DNA of 64,000 nucleotides from a virus: positions 32,001 to 96,000 of the IMG/VR virus record IMGVR_UViG_3300014838_000014; one strand, written 5' to 3'. Shown in pieces: positions 8,829 to 19,090 of the stretch (position 1 is the stretch's first letter; every line of letters begins with the position of its first letter). The notes under the pieces were generated by a model. The model saw only the letters and a list, made by a program, of their open reading frames with translations, was not told the DNA's origin and made no database searches. A program made the position numbers and the translations under genes.

Positions 8829-8858
8829 ACTTTGATTTTGTGATGTATTAATTTTAGC

Positions 8859-9836
8859 ATGAAGTGTAAATGTTGTACAAATGATTTTGTACCATGGACA
8901 CGAAAACGTTGTTGTAAGTTAATAAAAACGTTTTGTCTTGAATGTTGTCGCGATGGATTATATAGAATAATATTTGATTGTGTTTGTTGTAATAAACACG
9001 TTGATAAATGGCAAAAGAGTTTTCCTTCGCCGGTAAAGAGAAAATTTTGTTCACCAAGCTGTAAAAATGCACGGGAGCATGCTAACGGTATTAGACGTAA
9101 TTACATTGACAATTCATTTAAAAACGGCAAGACATACGAAGAATTATATGGAATAGAAAAGGCAAAAGAACTTCGCGAATTGAAGTCTAAACAGACGAAG
9201 GGTAAAACATACGAAGAGATTCACGGAATAGAACTTGCATCCGAACTTCGAAAAATTCGTTCTGAACGTTTTACGGGTGAAAAGCATCCAATGTTCGGAA
9301 AGCACCACACGAAAGAAACGTTGGCTAAACTTTCATTAGCACATTTAGGCGAAAATAATGCAATGTACGGCAAGGTTGTGCCAATAATGAGCTTTCGTGG
9401 CAAGTGCGGCATGTTTTGTAATATACCATTTCGTTCAACGTTTGAACTTGCGTTGTTAATACAATCGTCCAATGAACGTTGGATTGAATTCGTAACAGCT
9501 GAACCATTTCATATCAAATATGAATTGATCGTTAATGGAAGCGTAATAAAACACACGTATACTCCAGATTTTTATAGAAGTGACACAAAAGAACTCATTG
9601 AAGTCAAACCTTGTTGGAAGCTTGAACGTAACTTTCAAAGTTGTAATGAAAAACACGAAGCTGCAAAATTATTTTGTGATCAAAACGGTCTTAAATTCAA
9701 GATTATGACAGAAAATGATATTGCTGATGCAACGAAAATTTCGCGGATGACGCACGAACAACTCTGTAAGATTCCAGGCGTTGTTATGAGAGTGAAACCA
9801 CGCAGTGTAAGAACGGAACGATCAGGTGTAGAATGA
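8859..9836 (+). mobile_element. Putative free-standing homing endonuclease (NUMOD3 plus TnsA-like PD-(D/E)XK domain)
   Basis: GKTYEE..G.E.A repeats, HPMFGKHHTKET NUMOD3-like motif, YTPDFY...LIEVKP; AT-rich versus flanks. Confidence 0.75.
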
Positions 9837-9843
9837 TTGTACC

Positions 9844-10401
9844 TTGAAGCGAGCGCTTCTTCTGAATGCCGATTGGAGCACATTGAACTTCATCGCCGAT
9901 TGGCGCGCCGTTCTGCTTCACCTGAAGGATCGTGCTGAGATTGTCATCGATTTTAACACGGGTGAACGTAGCGTGTGGCACGATGAAAGCTTCACCAGTC
10001 CAGGTGAAACGATCGGTGCTCCCTTGAAATCGATGAACGTTCCTGCAACGATGAGGTTGAGGAGGTACATTCCAAAAAAATGGCGTACGCCTCATTTTGA
10101 AAAGCGTGTTTTGTTTAATCGTGATTGTTGGTGTTGCCAATACTGCGGAAAGAAGCTTGGATGGAGCACGATTGAGGTCGAGCACGTGTTGCCGCGTTCT
10201 CGAGGTGGAACAACGTCGTGGATGAACTGTGTGTCTGCGTGTCACGCTTGCAACAAGAAAAAGGACAACATGACGCCGAACGAAGCCGGCATGAGGTTGT
10301 TGAAGAAACCCACAGAACCCTTACCGATGCACTTTTGGGACGTTGAAAGGTCGAACTGTTGGCATCCAACGTGGGACACATTTATCGTCCGTGACAAATA
10401 G
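9844..10401 (+). CDS. HNH endonuclease
   Basis: RDCWCCQYCG...EHVLPRSRGG...NCVSACHACN. Confidence 0.9.
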   Translation: MKRALLLNADWSTLNFIADWRAVLLHLKDRAEIVIDFNTGERSVWHDESFTSPGETIGAPLKSMNVPATMRLRRYIPKKWRTPHFEKRVLFNRDCWCCQYCGKKLGWSTIEVEHVLPRSRGGTTSWMNCVSACHACNKKKDNMTPNEAGMRLLKKPTEPLPMHFWDVERSNCWHPTWDTFIVRDK

Positions 10402-10410
10402 TTACGGAGC

Positions 10411-10791
10411 ATGAGATCAACCATCAAAGAACTCAAACAGGTGATAACAGGAATGTTACGAGAATTTGGATCCCCATCGGGATCGCTTAGGACGGGTGGC
10501 AAGGGAAAGCAACAGTACAAGATCGGTAAGGTTGAACCCGAAAACCAGGAACTGTCGACGGTTCAGGCCGAGAGGATGTTTCCAGAATCGACTGAAGCGT
10601 GGGCGGAGATCGTTCCAGAAACGTATCCTGAGTTTCCATTCGATGATCCTCAGGTCATCAAAGCACGTTCTGCATGGTTCTTGATCGGTGGAAAGTTACG
10701 CGTTGCATTCGCTGACATGCCGCAGATCGAACTGATGCAGTGGAACCCTGAAACGAAGGATTGGTACGAGTTAGATACAAATGAGAATTAG
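10411..10791 (+). CDS. Hypothetical protein with N-terminal leader motif
   Basis: MRSTIKELKQVITGMLRE; ATAGTTA at 10398-10404. Confidence 0.7.
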   Translation: MRSTIKELKQVITGMLREFGSPSGSLRTGGKGKQQYKIGKVEPENQELSTVQAERMFPESTEAWAEIVPETYPEFPFDDPQVIKARSAWFLIGGKLRVAFADMPQIELMQWNPETKDWYELDTNEN

Positions 10792-11002
10792 GATCGGTGC
10801 ACTGAGGTACATCATCCGTGAGGTAGCGAACGATTGTTGGGGAGGTTCACGACCTGAGGAAACATACGATGAGGAGCTCGTCGATGATGATGCCTACAAG
10901 AAGCGAAGCGTCATCGTTCCTGATGACATCAAGAAATCTATCGATAAATGGTCATTGGCGATGGGTTTATCAAGTAAATCTAAACGTGCGCGATCACGTT
11001 GA
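10781..11002 (+). CDS. Hypothetical protein with N-terminal leader motif
   Basis: MRIRIGALRYIIRE. Confidence 0.65.
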   Translation: MRIRIGALRYIIREVANDCWGGSRPEETYDEELVDDDAYKKRSVIVPDDIKKSIDKWSLAMGLSSKSKRARSR

Positions 11003-11034
11003 AACGCCATACTTAGACACCAGCAGAGGCATGC

Positions 11035-12204
11035 ATGCGATTGAACCTCAACGGATTGCAGAACATCGTTAAAAAGTCGCTCGGTGAGCATAAGGCCATT
11101 GAAGCGTTGAGGAATGAAATAACGCGTGTTTTTGGTCCTTCTGTCGTTGCCGAAGGAAAGATAGAAACTGTCGTCGCCGAGGCGAACGATTGGCTTGATG
11201 TTCTACAGAGAACAGGCAGGGACAATCGATTGGATTTTATGTCGAACGTGACGACAGCATTTATGGATCACACAAATCCTGAACTACGACGTTTTGCAGC
11301 TCGAGTGGTGCCGGAGAAGTTTCTTGGCAAGCTTACCAACGATCGTGACAGCGCGGTTAGAGCAGCCGTTGCACAGCGCATTCCTTTACCCGCCGTCGTT
11401 GAGATGATGAAGAAGTTCAGGAACGATGATACGTTGAGGACGATCTACAGGGAACGCAGCAAGAAAACGTCTGTAAATTTGCTTGAATCGGGCGTTAAGG
11501 CTCCTGAGAACGATGGTTTTACGCACCTAAATATTCACGGCGATGAAGCGATTGGCGACGACGCCTCAACGCCAGATGACATTGAATTGAGCGATGCGTG
11601 GTACGATGAACAGGCGAACAATTTCCTGCGAGATTATGGACAGAACATAGAATACGCATGGGAGGAGCTTGCGGTGAGCAGGTTCTGTAGCAGCACCAAA
11701 GCAACGTCTGGGGTCGTTGTTGATGCTGATAAGCTGTTGAAGAGCGTCAAGAAACTGATCAAAGACAAGGAAGATTTAGCGATGGAACGAAACGCACTCA
11801 AGGAAACGTTGGATTGGTTGAAGGATCAGGAAGTTCTACAGGAGACGGGTTTGCCCGAACTCGATGAAGCGATGGATCCAGTTCGACAGCTTGTTGAAGC
11901 AAATCTGACGCCTGATCAGTACATTGAACGTGCGACAGAGCTGTTTCAGGTTCAAGAATCCGTTCTTCCTGCAGCGATTCGCAAGTACAGGTTGGGTGAG
12001 AGCAATCGTCGTGGCACTCACGTACCGATGATTGCATGGTTGCCACACGACGGTGCAATTCGATCGATCGATGAACGTGCTCTCGATGCATTTTGTGAAT
12101 CATGGAACTCTCACCAACGACTTGCGGGTGAACCGATCAAGATTGAATGGTCGACCCACGCGCTTGACATGCGTAAGGTTGGATTCTCTGTCAAGTTGAG
12201 TTGA
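11035..12204 (+). CDS. Hypothetical protein (leader motif; short helical repeats)
   Basis: 389-aa ORF; DxxxxLR/VR repeats; ATACTTA at 11009-11015. Confidence 0.7.
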   Translation: MRLNLNGLQNIVKKSLGEHKAIEALRNEITRVFGPSVVAEGKIETVVAEANDWLDVLQRTGRDNRLDFMSNVTTAFMDHTNPELRRFAARVVPEKFLGKLTNDRDSAVRAAVAQRIPLPAVVEMMKKFRNDDTLRTIYRERSKKTSVNLLESGVKAPENDGFTHLNIHGDEAIGDDASTPDDIELSDAWYDEQANNFLRDYGQNIEYAWEELAVSRFCSSTKATSGVVVDADKLLKSVKKLIKDKEDLAMERNALKETLDWLKDQEVLQETGLPELDEAMDPVRQLVEANLTPDQYIERATELFQVQESVLPAAIRKYRLGESNRRGTHVPMIAWLPHDGAIRSIDERALDAFCESWNSHQRLAGEPIKIEWSTHALDMRKVGFSVKLS

Positions 12205-12207
12205 TAA

Positions 12208-12783
12208 ATGACGCAGGGGTTCGTTGAATGGATAGGTGATGAAGGCTCGAGTGCCCTACCACGCGTTCCTCACGATTCGCTTCAGAACGATAACGCTCTC
12301 GCTGAATGGTTTGGCGTGGATTACGCAGAGCTATCAGTCATCCTCGTTCACCTGCGGTTCCTGTACGTGCTTCACCAGACGCACCATTGGTCAGCAATGG
12401 GAGATCCATTTTACGGTGATCACCAGCTTTTTCAACGGTTATATGAATCAACGGCTGAACAGATCGATGACGTTGCTGAAAAGGCTGTTGGTATGGGTAG
12501 CGAACGAAACGTTGACCTGTGTACGCAGTTGCAGCAGTTGTTTAAGCTATCAGCAGGAACGGCAACGAACGGGTCGGTGCCACAATCAAGCGAACTCGTG
12601 AGGAGATCGTTGTATGCTGAGAAGAGGTTCGTTGAGCTCATCGGTAACATGTTAGATCGTTTACGAGAGCAAGGTAAATCAACGAACGGCGTAGAAAATT
12701 TGTTGCAAGGCCTCGCAGATGCGCATGAACGTGCTATTTACCTGTTGAAACGTCGGACATTGACACCGGCGATAGGAATGTGA
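12208..12783 (+). CDS. Dps/ferritin-like protein
   Basis: HQTHHW..G..FYGDHQLFQRLYE...DDVAEK. Confidence 0.8.
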   Translation: MTQGFVEWIGDEGSSALPRVPHDSLQNDNALAEWFGVDYAELSVILVHLRFLYVLHQTHHWSAMGDPFYGDHQLFQRLYESTAEQIDDVAEKAVGMGSERNVDLCTQLQQLFKLSAGTATNGSVPQSSELVRRSLYAEKRFVELIGNMLDRLREQGKSTNGVENLLQGLADAHERAIYLLKRRTLTPAIGM

Positions 12784-13250
12784 AGATGACCATGAAAATC
12801 AACGTACACGACCTGAGGAAGTTGGTCAGCGAACAGCTCGGCGAAGAAGAGCTGGCGTTGGAACCCAAGGATGCTGGAAGCGGGAATTGGCGTGATGATC
12901 GGATCGTCGAGCTTGAGGCACTGCTTCAGGCCGCCCACGGTGAGATTTCTGAGCTTGAGGGTAAGATCAAGCAGATGCAGCATGCTGCGGTGTCTAGGGC
13001 ACCAGCAGGGGCTGCTACGGGGGTTCCCGGCGCTCCTAGGGCTCAGCGACCGATGAAGCAACAGTACAGGATCTATGGACGTAAGGGCGCGAACGTCGCG
13101 CACACTCGTATTCATGGTCAGGCGTATGGTGCTCCGCCCAACACGCGGTTCAAGTCCGGCGAAGAAGCCTCCCTTGAGAAGGGCGTCGATGGCAAGATTC
13201 ACGTTCGATCAGGCGATCGAGACCAGGTTTGGGATCCGATCGACGGATAA
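12780..13250 (+). CDS. Hypothetical protein: leader motif, coiled coil, C-terminal HTR.xGQAY domain
   Basis: C-terminal ~60 aa paralogous to 37662-37844 and 24698-24913. Confidence 0.75.
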   Translation: MKMTMKINVHDLRKLVSEQLGEEELALEPKDAGSGNWRDDRIVELEALLQAAHGEISELEGKIKQMQHAAVSRAPAGAATGVPGAPRAQRPMKQQYRIYGRKGANVAHTRIHGQAYGAPPNTRFKSGEEASLEKGVDGKIHVRSGDRDQVWDPIDG

Positions 13251-13276
13251 CACAACGAAGAAGCTTAGCATTGATT

Positions 13277-13309
13277 TGCGGCGTTCGCTTGAATGAGTTG
13301 AACGCCGCA
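13277..13309. terminator. Hairpin between convergent genes (putative bidirectional terminator)
   Basis: TGCGGCGTTC...GAACGCCGCA 10-bp inverted repeat. Confidence 0.6.
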
Positions 13310-13324
13310 TTCACATGAGCGTTT

Positions 13325-13837
13325 TTAAATTTCGCCCTTGTTCTTCATCGACCATGCAACGGCGTATGGGTTGATTTTCTTGGAACCCTTCTTTGCGTTC
13401 TGTCGTTTCAACGCCTTGACGACTTTCCTTCCACCCGGTGGTGCAATTTGATCCATGCTATCGCTTTCGTCAACGTTCTTATCAGGTTGACAATCTGGAC
13501 AAGTACACGATGACGCGTGACCTGGGTGTCTTCCGCCACGTTCGCTTTCGTCGATGTCAACGCCGATCTCTTGCGTTTCGCCGCAGCTAGAACACGTGAC
13601 CTCGTCCATTTCAAGCGTGTCACCGCACCTGCTGCACGTGTTCGTTGATTCGTCGATGCTTTGACACCAACCACGGTTGTTCGAAGCTTCGCCTTTCTTC
13701 GGTTTTCCATTGCGTTCGTCCGCAACGCCCTCGCCAACATCGACCGCATCACCTATGGGTTCGCCGAACCTTTCCAGCAGGTGCTGCATCACAGTTCGCA
13801 ACGTTTCTTCGTCGAGACCGTTCGTTCGTCGTGCCAT
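13325..13837 (-). CDS. Hypothetical protein with Cys clusters and C-terminal NPYAVAWSMKNKG
   Basis: Start refined to 13837 (ATACCTA 6 nt upstream); the longer ORF would overlap 13890-14216. Confidence 0.6.
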   Translation of the reverse strand: MARRTNGLDEETLRTVMQHLLERFGEPIGDAVDVGEGVADERNGKPKKGEASNNRGWCQSIDESTNTCSRCGDTLEMDEVTCSSCGETQEIGVDIDESERGGRHPGHASSCTCPDCQPDKNVDESDSMDQIAPPGGRKVVKALKRQNAKKGSKKINPYAVAWSMKNKGEI

Positions 13838-13889
13838 GTAGAGTAGGTATCCGTGTACGACGGGACGTTTAAGTGTTACCATTCTTGAT

Positions 13890-14216
13890 ATGTCCCGTCG
13901 CAAGCACCTCGTGGTGAAGGATTTTGCTCGCATCATGTACAAGCACGATCCAATGCGCTTGAAGAGCCCCGATGAAACAGAATATGATTTTTTCGCCGTA
14001 AGCGTGTTGGCTAGGTTTCTTGAGAGCGGCGAAATCGTTTCTGATGAATCGTTTAATAAAGCACAAACGATCGTTTGTGACGTAGCAAATCTACTCTTCA
14101 GCGAAGAATTGAATATGTCTGACGATGATTTGTCTGCGTTCATTGGTGAATTGTTGACTACGTATAATGATTCATATGACAAGAAAAAGAAACGTGGAAA
14201 AGGAACCGTAAAATGA
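13890..14216 (+). CDS. Hypothetical protein
   Basis: Follows GTGTAC-N18-TACCAT promoter-like motif; ATGA-coupled to next gene. Confidence 0.6.
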   Translation: MSRRKHLVVKDFARIMYKHDPMRLKSPDETEYDFFAVSVLARFLESGEIVSDESFNKAQTIVCDVANLLFSEELNMSDDDLSAFIGELLTTYNDSYDKKKKRGKGTVK

Positions 14217-15154
14217 GAGTGCTGGTGACGGGCGCGGCCGGTTTCTTGGGATCACACATATGTAACAGGTACCTTGACGATGGAAACGATGTCATTGGTA
14301 TCGATGATTTTTGCTCATCAAGCGAAAAGAGCGATCACTTAAAATCGTTGAAGCAGCGTTCTCGGCACTTCACCTTTTTTGAATGCGATGTGAGCACCGT
14401 TGAAGTTAACGCTCACGTCGATCTCATAATCAATATGGCATGTCCAGCATCGCCGCCGGCATATCAATCGATGCCAGTTCACACCATGATGACGTGTGTA
14501 AATGGCGTGCAGCACATGCTTGAATTAGCTTGTACACACGGTGCAGTGTTTGTTCAAGCGTCGACGAGCGAAGTTTATGGCGATCCAATAAATTCTCCAC
14601 AACGGGAATGTGATTGGGGAAACGTTAACTCATACGGACCACGATCGTGCTACGACGAGGGTAAACGGGCGGCTGAGTCTCTGTGCTATGATTACTTTCA
14701 TTCTCACGGCGTTGATGCAAGGTTAGTTCGAATATTTAATACGTACGGTCCTTGCATGGATCCATGGGATGGTCGAGTGGTGAGCAACTTCATTAGACAA
14801 GCCTTGCAAAACGATCCAATCACGTTGTATGGCACCGGAAAGCAAACCAGGAGTTTTTGTTACGTTAGCGATACTGTTGATGCGATCGTTAGAATGGCGG
14901 CATTGAAGAACAATCCGTTAACGCCGATCAACGTTGGAAATCCGAATGAATTCACGATAATTGAATTGTACGATTTGTTGCGTAAGAAGTTGGGTGACCT
15001 TCGGCTTGAAATGAAGGAATTGCCTGTCAATGATCCAACGGTGCGGCGTCCTGACATCACGTTGGCACGCAACGTTCTTGGATGGGAACCAAGGATTGAA
15101 CTGAGCGAAGGCCTTGATATGACGATAGAACACTTCAGGAGGGTTCTGAAGTGA
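14213..15154 (+). CDS. UDP-glucuronate decarboxylase (UDP-xylose synthase)-like SDR
   Basis: TGAAGFLG, ACPASP, ASTSEVYGDP, GPRSCYDEGKR, RIFNTYGP, DGRVVSNFI. Confidence 0.88.
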   Translation: MRVLVTGAAGFLGSHICNRYLDDGNDVIGIDDFCSSSEKSDHLKSLKQRSRHFTFFECDVSTVEVNAHVDLIINMACPASPPAYQSMPVHTMMTCVNGVQHMLELACTHGAVFVQASTSEVYGDPINSPQRECDWGNVNSYGPRSCYDEGKRAAESLCYDYFHSHGVDARLVRIFNTYGPCMDPWDGRVVSNFIRQALQNDPITLYGTGKQTRSFCYVSDTVDAIVRMAALKNNPLTPINVGNPNEFTIIELYDLLRKKLGDLRLEMKELPVNDPTVRRPDITLARNVLGWEPRIELSEGLDMTIEHFRRVLK

Positions 15155-16059
15155 CAATTTACATGTACGTGCATCCTGCGTATGCAGATTGCATTTTTTA
15201 CTCACAAACGACGGCGTTGTTCACGTCGTTAAAGCAGGCAGGCGTTGTGATTGCCACTGGAGACGACGAATTTTCTAAGTGTTTGCCGTTGCCGAGTGAT
15301 AAGCTTATCACGTATGGTGTTTTTGACAACGTTTCTGCGCTGGTTGAACGATGGTTCCTACCCGAGAACAGGTGGATGTTCGTCGTTGATGAGCAGGGTG
15401 GAGGAGACAACGGACCTTATTCAAGAGCGTTGAGTTACATGCAGAAACGTGACGCGAAGAACATCCTCGTGACGTATCAAAACGCAAAGGACCTTATGTT
15501 TTTGACGAATTCAGGAGTCAGGTTCTCAATCATGCCTCATTGTGTCCTCAACGTGAGACAGTTGACGAACAAGACAAGGGATGTGATCGTGTCGGGACAG
15601 TTCGATCAAAACTACTACCCAGTTCGAACTCGCGTCGCCGGTTTGATTCAGGGATACCTCAAGAACAACGTTGAGGTTCTTCCACATCCTGGGTTCGAAA
15701 TTTCAACGGCTCATCACAACTTGTACGGTGAGAGGTACTTCGAGCACGTTGAAACGTTTCGAATGGGCGTTGTGTGTAAAGCCGGTTGGCACGATCGAAT
15801 GGTGGGTAAATACATTGAGTTCGGTGCGTGTCACGTGCTTCCCATCGGTGATTGTCCGTCGTACATGCCTAAGGCAATGAAAGAATCGATGCTCGATGTT
15901 TCAGAGATGAAGGACGCCGACTTAATTTCTGAGGTCGCACGATTGTTGGCGACGCCGGATGAGTTGAACCAACGAATCGAAACGTATTCTGAATGCGTTG
16001 CAGCATATTACACTGCTTTGCCTAATGCCCGCCGCGTCGTTGAGGAGATCAGCTCTTGA
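15151..16059 (+). CDS. Putative glycosyltransferase (GT-B, CgeB-like)
   Basis: YYPVR, LPHPG, KYIEFGAC..PIGD; coupled to the nucleotide-sugar enzyme. Confidence 0.55.
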   Translation: MTIYMYVHPAYADCIFYSQTTALFTSLKQAGVVIATGDDEFSKCLPLPSDKLITYGVFDNVSALVERWFLPENRWMFVVDEQGGGDNGPYSRALSYMQKRDAKNILVTYQNAKDLMFLTNSGVRFSIMPHCVLNVRQLTNKTRDVIVSGQFDQNYYPVRTRVAGLIQGYLKNNVEVLPHPGFEISTAHHNLYGERYFEHVETFRMGVVCKAGWHDRMVGKYIEFGACHVLPIGDCPSYMPKAMKESMLDVSEMKDADLISEVARLLATPDELNQRIETYSECVAAYYTALPNARRVVEEISS

Positions 16060-16096
16060 TGTTGTATACTTAGAACCAGAAGAAGGAGATCGAACA

Positions 16097-16447
16097 ATGC
16101 TAAATCCACTGAAGACCTGCTTGTGTGCGTTAACCATCGCGTGTGTCACTGCGTGTACTGCTGCCGAACTCACCACCGCGAAGGCAATAACTGCCGTTGT
16201 AGGACAGGTGTGCGAGGTTGTGTTCGTTTCTGCAGATCCAGCGTTGGCTCCACTGTGCACGACCGCCGTTGAACTCGAGAATGCGATTCAGCAGGCGATA
16301 AATGAATTTCAGACGACCGTCGTCGATGGTGGCGTTGCCAGCTCCGCTCCTGCCGCGAAGCAGCACGTTCCAGCAAACAACGAAGTCTATGCTACGTTGC
16401 TGAAGCGAGGGAACAGCAAGGTTCTTGCGTACACGGTGAAGAAATGA
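16097..16447 (+). CDS. Putative lipoprotein/exported protein
   Basis: Hydrophobic N-terminus with VTAC lipobox-like site; AAGGAG RBS. Confidence 0.55.
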   Translation: MLNPLKTCLCALTIACVTACTAAELTTAKAITAVVGQVCEVVFVSADPALAPLCTTAVELENAIQQAINEFQTTVVDGGVASSAPAAKQHVPANNEVYATLLKRGNSKVLAYTVKK

Positions 16448-16731
16448 TCGTCACTCAGCTCAATGCGGTCGACATCGCTAGCTACCTCGCTGCAGGCCTT
16501 CTTGCCTCTTCGAAGCTGTTAGACGCTGCTAAACCTGTGTGGGATAGGTTTCCAAAATGGTTGGCAGTTGCAATTCCTGTCTTTGTGCTTGATATTCCTC
16601 AGGTGACGCAGGCGCTCATGACGGTTAATTCGGGTGTAGGATTGACGGCTGCATTGTTAACGTCAGTTGCGCTTTTGCTTCCTGGCATTGAAAAGGCAGA
16701 AGCTGGAACGGTGACCGTTTCAAAGCAATAA
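16444..16731 (+). CDS. Small membrane protein (holin-like candidate)
   Basis: 95 aa, about 3 hydrophobic segments. Confidence 0.45.
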   Translation: MIVTQLNAVDIASYLAAGLLASSKLLDAAKPVWDRFPKWLAVAIPVFVLDIPQVTQALMTVNSGVGLTAALLTSVALLLPGIEKAEAGTVTVSKQ

Positions 16732-16749
16732 AGCGATCAAAGCTTGCTT

Positions 16750-16778
16750 ATGGGCCCTGTTTTGGGCCCATTGTTTTT
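16750..16778 (+). terminator. Rho-independent terminator
   Basis: ATGGGCCC-TGTTTT-GGGCCCAT followed by TGTTTTT. Confidence 0.75.
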
Positions 16779-16840
16779 AAGCGTTGTGTAAACGTGTGGT
16801 CCGTTGTGGTACTGTTCAACCATGGACTCGATAACAATAA

Positions 16841-19090
16841 ATGAACAGTAGATTACCTCAAAAATTCGTTGGAATACACTCTCACACGGGATTCAGTCCA
16901 TTTGATGGGCTCGGGTACCCTGACGAACATTTTACATGGTGTATGGAAAATGGATTAGATGCACATGCAATAACAGACCACGGAAATTGTAACGCCTATG
17001 CTCACGCACAGCTGTGGATCGAGAAGTGGAATGCAGAGCACAAGGATAAACCTTTCAAGTACATTCCTGGCGTTGAGAGCTACTTTCACCCAGATTTGAC
17101 GGCGTGGGAACAAGATAAATCGATCGCCGATCAGGCTCGTATCGATAAGAAGGTTGCAAAGAAGGTTGCTTCCTCACAGGAGGAGTACCAAACGAAGCTC
17201 ATCGTCAACACAGATCAGAACGACGAGACAGAAAGCATCGAGATGACGAACGCTCTCGTCGTTGAGGACGAGGATGAGAGCAAGTCGACGAAGCACTTCA
17301 ATCCCGTCAACCGTCGTCATCACCTTGTCCTGTTACCGAAGAACACCGCAGGTCTGTTGAAGATCTTTGGTCTCGTGTCGTGGTCGTACCTCCATGGGTT
17401 CTACAGGTTTCCAAGGATAGATGCCAAGCTACTTCGTGAGGCTGCAAAGGATCGCAACATCATCGCATCGTCTGCGTGCATTGCGGGACAACCTGCGTTC
17501 AATGTGTTTCAAGAAATACAGAAGCTATCGTTCGACGAGCTTGATCAGAAGCTTCTCGACGATCCTTCGCTTCTCGAGCGGTGCGTTACGTCTATTGGCA
17601 ACACGTATGACCTGATGACAGACGTTCTTGGAGACGGTAACTACTACCTTGAGCTTCAGTTCAACAAGCTCGCCGCTCAGAACCTCGTGAACAGAGCGAT
17701 CCTCGAGTTCGCAAAGCGTAACGGCGTCGAACAACAGCTCGTGGTGACGTGCGATTCACACTATCCTCGGCCTGAACTGTGGAAGGAACGTGAGCTCTAC
17801 AAGAAGCTCGGATGGATGAACTACAAGGAGATCGATTCTGCTTCGCTACCGAACTCCGTCGATGAACTCAAGTGTCAATTGTACCCGAAGAACGCGAAGC
17901 AGCTTTGGGATGAATACCTTCTATCCAAGGAGGGAACCAGTTTCTACGATGACGACGTGATCTGCGATGCCATCGAACGTACACACGACATCGCTCACCA
18001 CGTGATCGGTGAGGTGCCGCCTGATCGTTCGCCGAAGTTCGCCGATAAGTTGCTTGTTCCAGAGGACATCACGGCGTTCAATCACCTCGTGAAGCTGTGC
18101 ATGGATGGAATGGTCAAACGCGGTCTACGTGACGATCAATCGTACGTTGACAGGTTGAAGGAGGAACTCGGCGTCATCAAGACGATGAAGAACGCCGTGT
18201 ACTTCATATCGTACCAAAAAATAATGGAACTCGCTAGGAGCGTTTGTTTATGCGGTCCTGGTAGAGGTTCAGGAGGTGGATCTCTCGTTGCTTACGTCCT
18301 GTACATCACAGACCTCGATCCATTAAGGTGGGATTTGCCGTTCTCGCGGTTCCTGAGCGTGTACAGGAAGGGTGCACCTGACATAGACACCGACCTATCA
18401 AATCGCGACAAGGTTCTCGATCAATTAAGGGCATTCTTCGGGTTTGAGAACGTGGTTCCCATCTCGAACTACAACACGTTTAAGTTAAAGACCCTTGTCA
18501 AGGACATCGGAAAGTTCTACGGCGTGCCTTTCGAGGAGACGAATGCGGCAACGAGGACGGTTGAGGAGGAGGTGCGCAAGGCGACGATGAAGGACTCGGA
18601 TGATAAAAATCTTTTTGTCTTGCAGTTTGATGATGCGATGAAATATTCTCCATCGTTTAAATCTTTTATTGAAAGGTATCCAAACGTTGCAGAATCAATT
18701 AAGATATTGTTCAAACAGAACAGATCGCTTGGTCGCCACGCCGGGGGTGTATTGATTGCTGACGACTTGCCGAACAAAATGCCGCTTGTGGCAAGTCACG
18801 GCGAACCACAATCTCCATTTGTTGAAGGCGTAAACTTCAAACATTTGGAATACATTGGCAACTTTATTAAATACGATTTGTTGGGCCTTGAAACGCTTCG
18901 TTTGATTGAAAGAACGATTGAATTAATAATCGAAAAAAATGGAGGAATTATTGAATTAGAAATTGATGGTGTCAAACATAGGTTGCTGGCTTCAGCGTAC
19001 GTTAAGTTGGTTGATGGTTCATTTGTGAAAGCTGGTCTCTTAAAGGTTGATGATGATGTTATCATTCCAATGGAGACGAGAAATGACTAA
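16841..19090 (+). CDS. dnaE: DNA polymerase III alpha subunit, N-terminal fragment (PHP plus palm)
   Basis: HSHTGFSPFDG, AITDHG, GPGRGSGGGSLVAY, PDIDTD, GRHAGG, KYDLLGL. Confidence 0.93.
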   Translation: MNSRLPQKFVGIHSHTGFSPFDGLGYPDEHFTWCMENGLDAHAITDHGNCNAYAHAQLWIEKWNAEHKDKPFKYIPGVESYFHPDLTAWEQDKSIADQARIDKKVAKKVASSQEEYQTKLIVNTDQNDETESIEMTNALVVEDEDESKSTKHFNPVNRRHHLVLLPKNTAGLLKIFGLVSWSYLHGFYRFPRIDAKLLREAAKDRNIIASSACIAGQPAFNVFQEIQKLSFDELDQKLLDDPSLLERCVTSIGNTYDLMTDVLGDGNYYLELQFNKLAAQNLVNRAILEFAKRNGVEQQLVVTCDSHYPRPELWKERELYKKLGWMNYKEIDSASLPNSVDELKCQLYPKNAKQLWDEYLLSKEGTSFYDDDVICDAIERTHDIAHHVIGEVPPDRSPKFADKLLVPEDITAFNHLVKLCMDGMVKRGLRDDQSYVDRLKEELGVIKTMKNAVYFISYQKIMELARSVCLCGPGRGSGGGSLVAYVLYITDLDPLRWDLPFSRFLSVYRKGAPDIDTDLSNRDKVLDQLRAFFGFENVVPISNYNTFKLKTLVKDIGKFYGVPFEETNAATRTVEEEVRKATMKDSDDKNLFVLQFDDAMKYSPSFKSFIERYPNVAESIKILFKQNRSLGRHAGGVLIADDLPNKMPLVASHGEPQSPFVEGVNFKHLEYIGNFIKYDLLGLETLRLIERTIELIIEKNGGIIELEIDGVKHRLLASAYVKLVDGSFVKAGLLKVDDDVIIPMETRND

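Noticed and set aside
13838-14182. N-terminal third of the 285-aa minus-strand ORF
   Set aside because: It overlaps the better-supported + strand gene 13890-14216; a motif-supported start exists at 13837.
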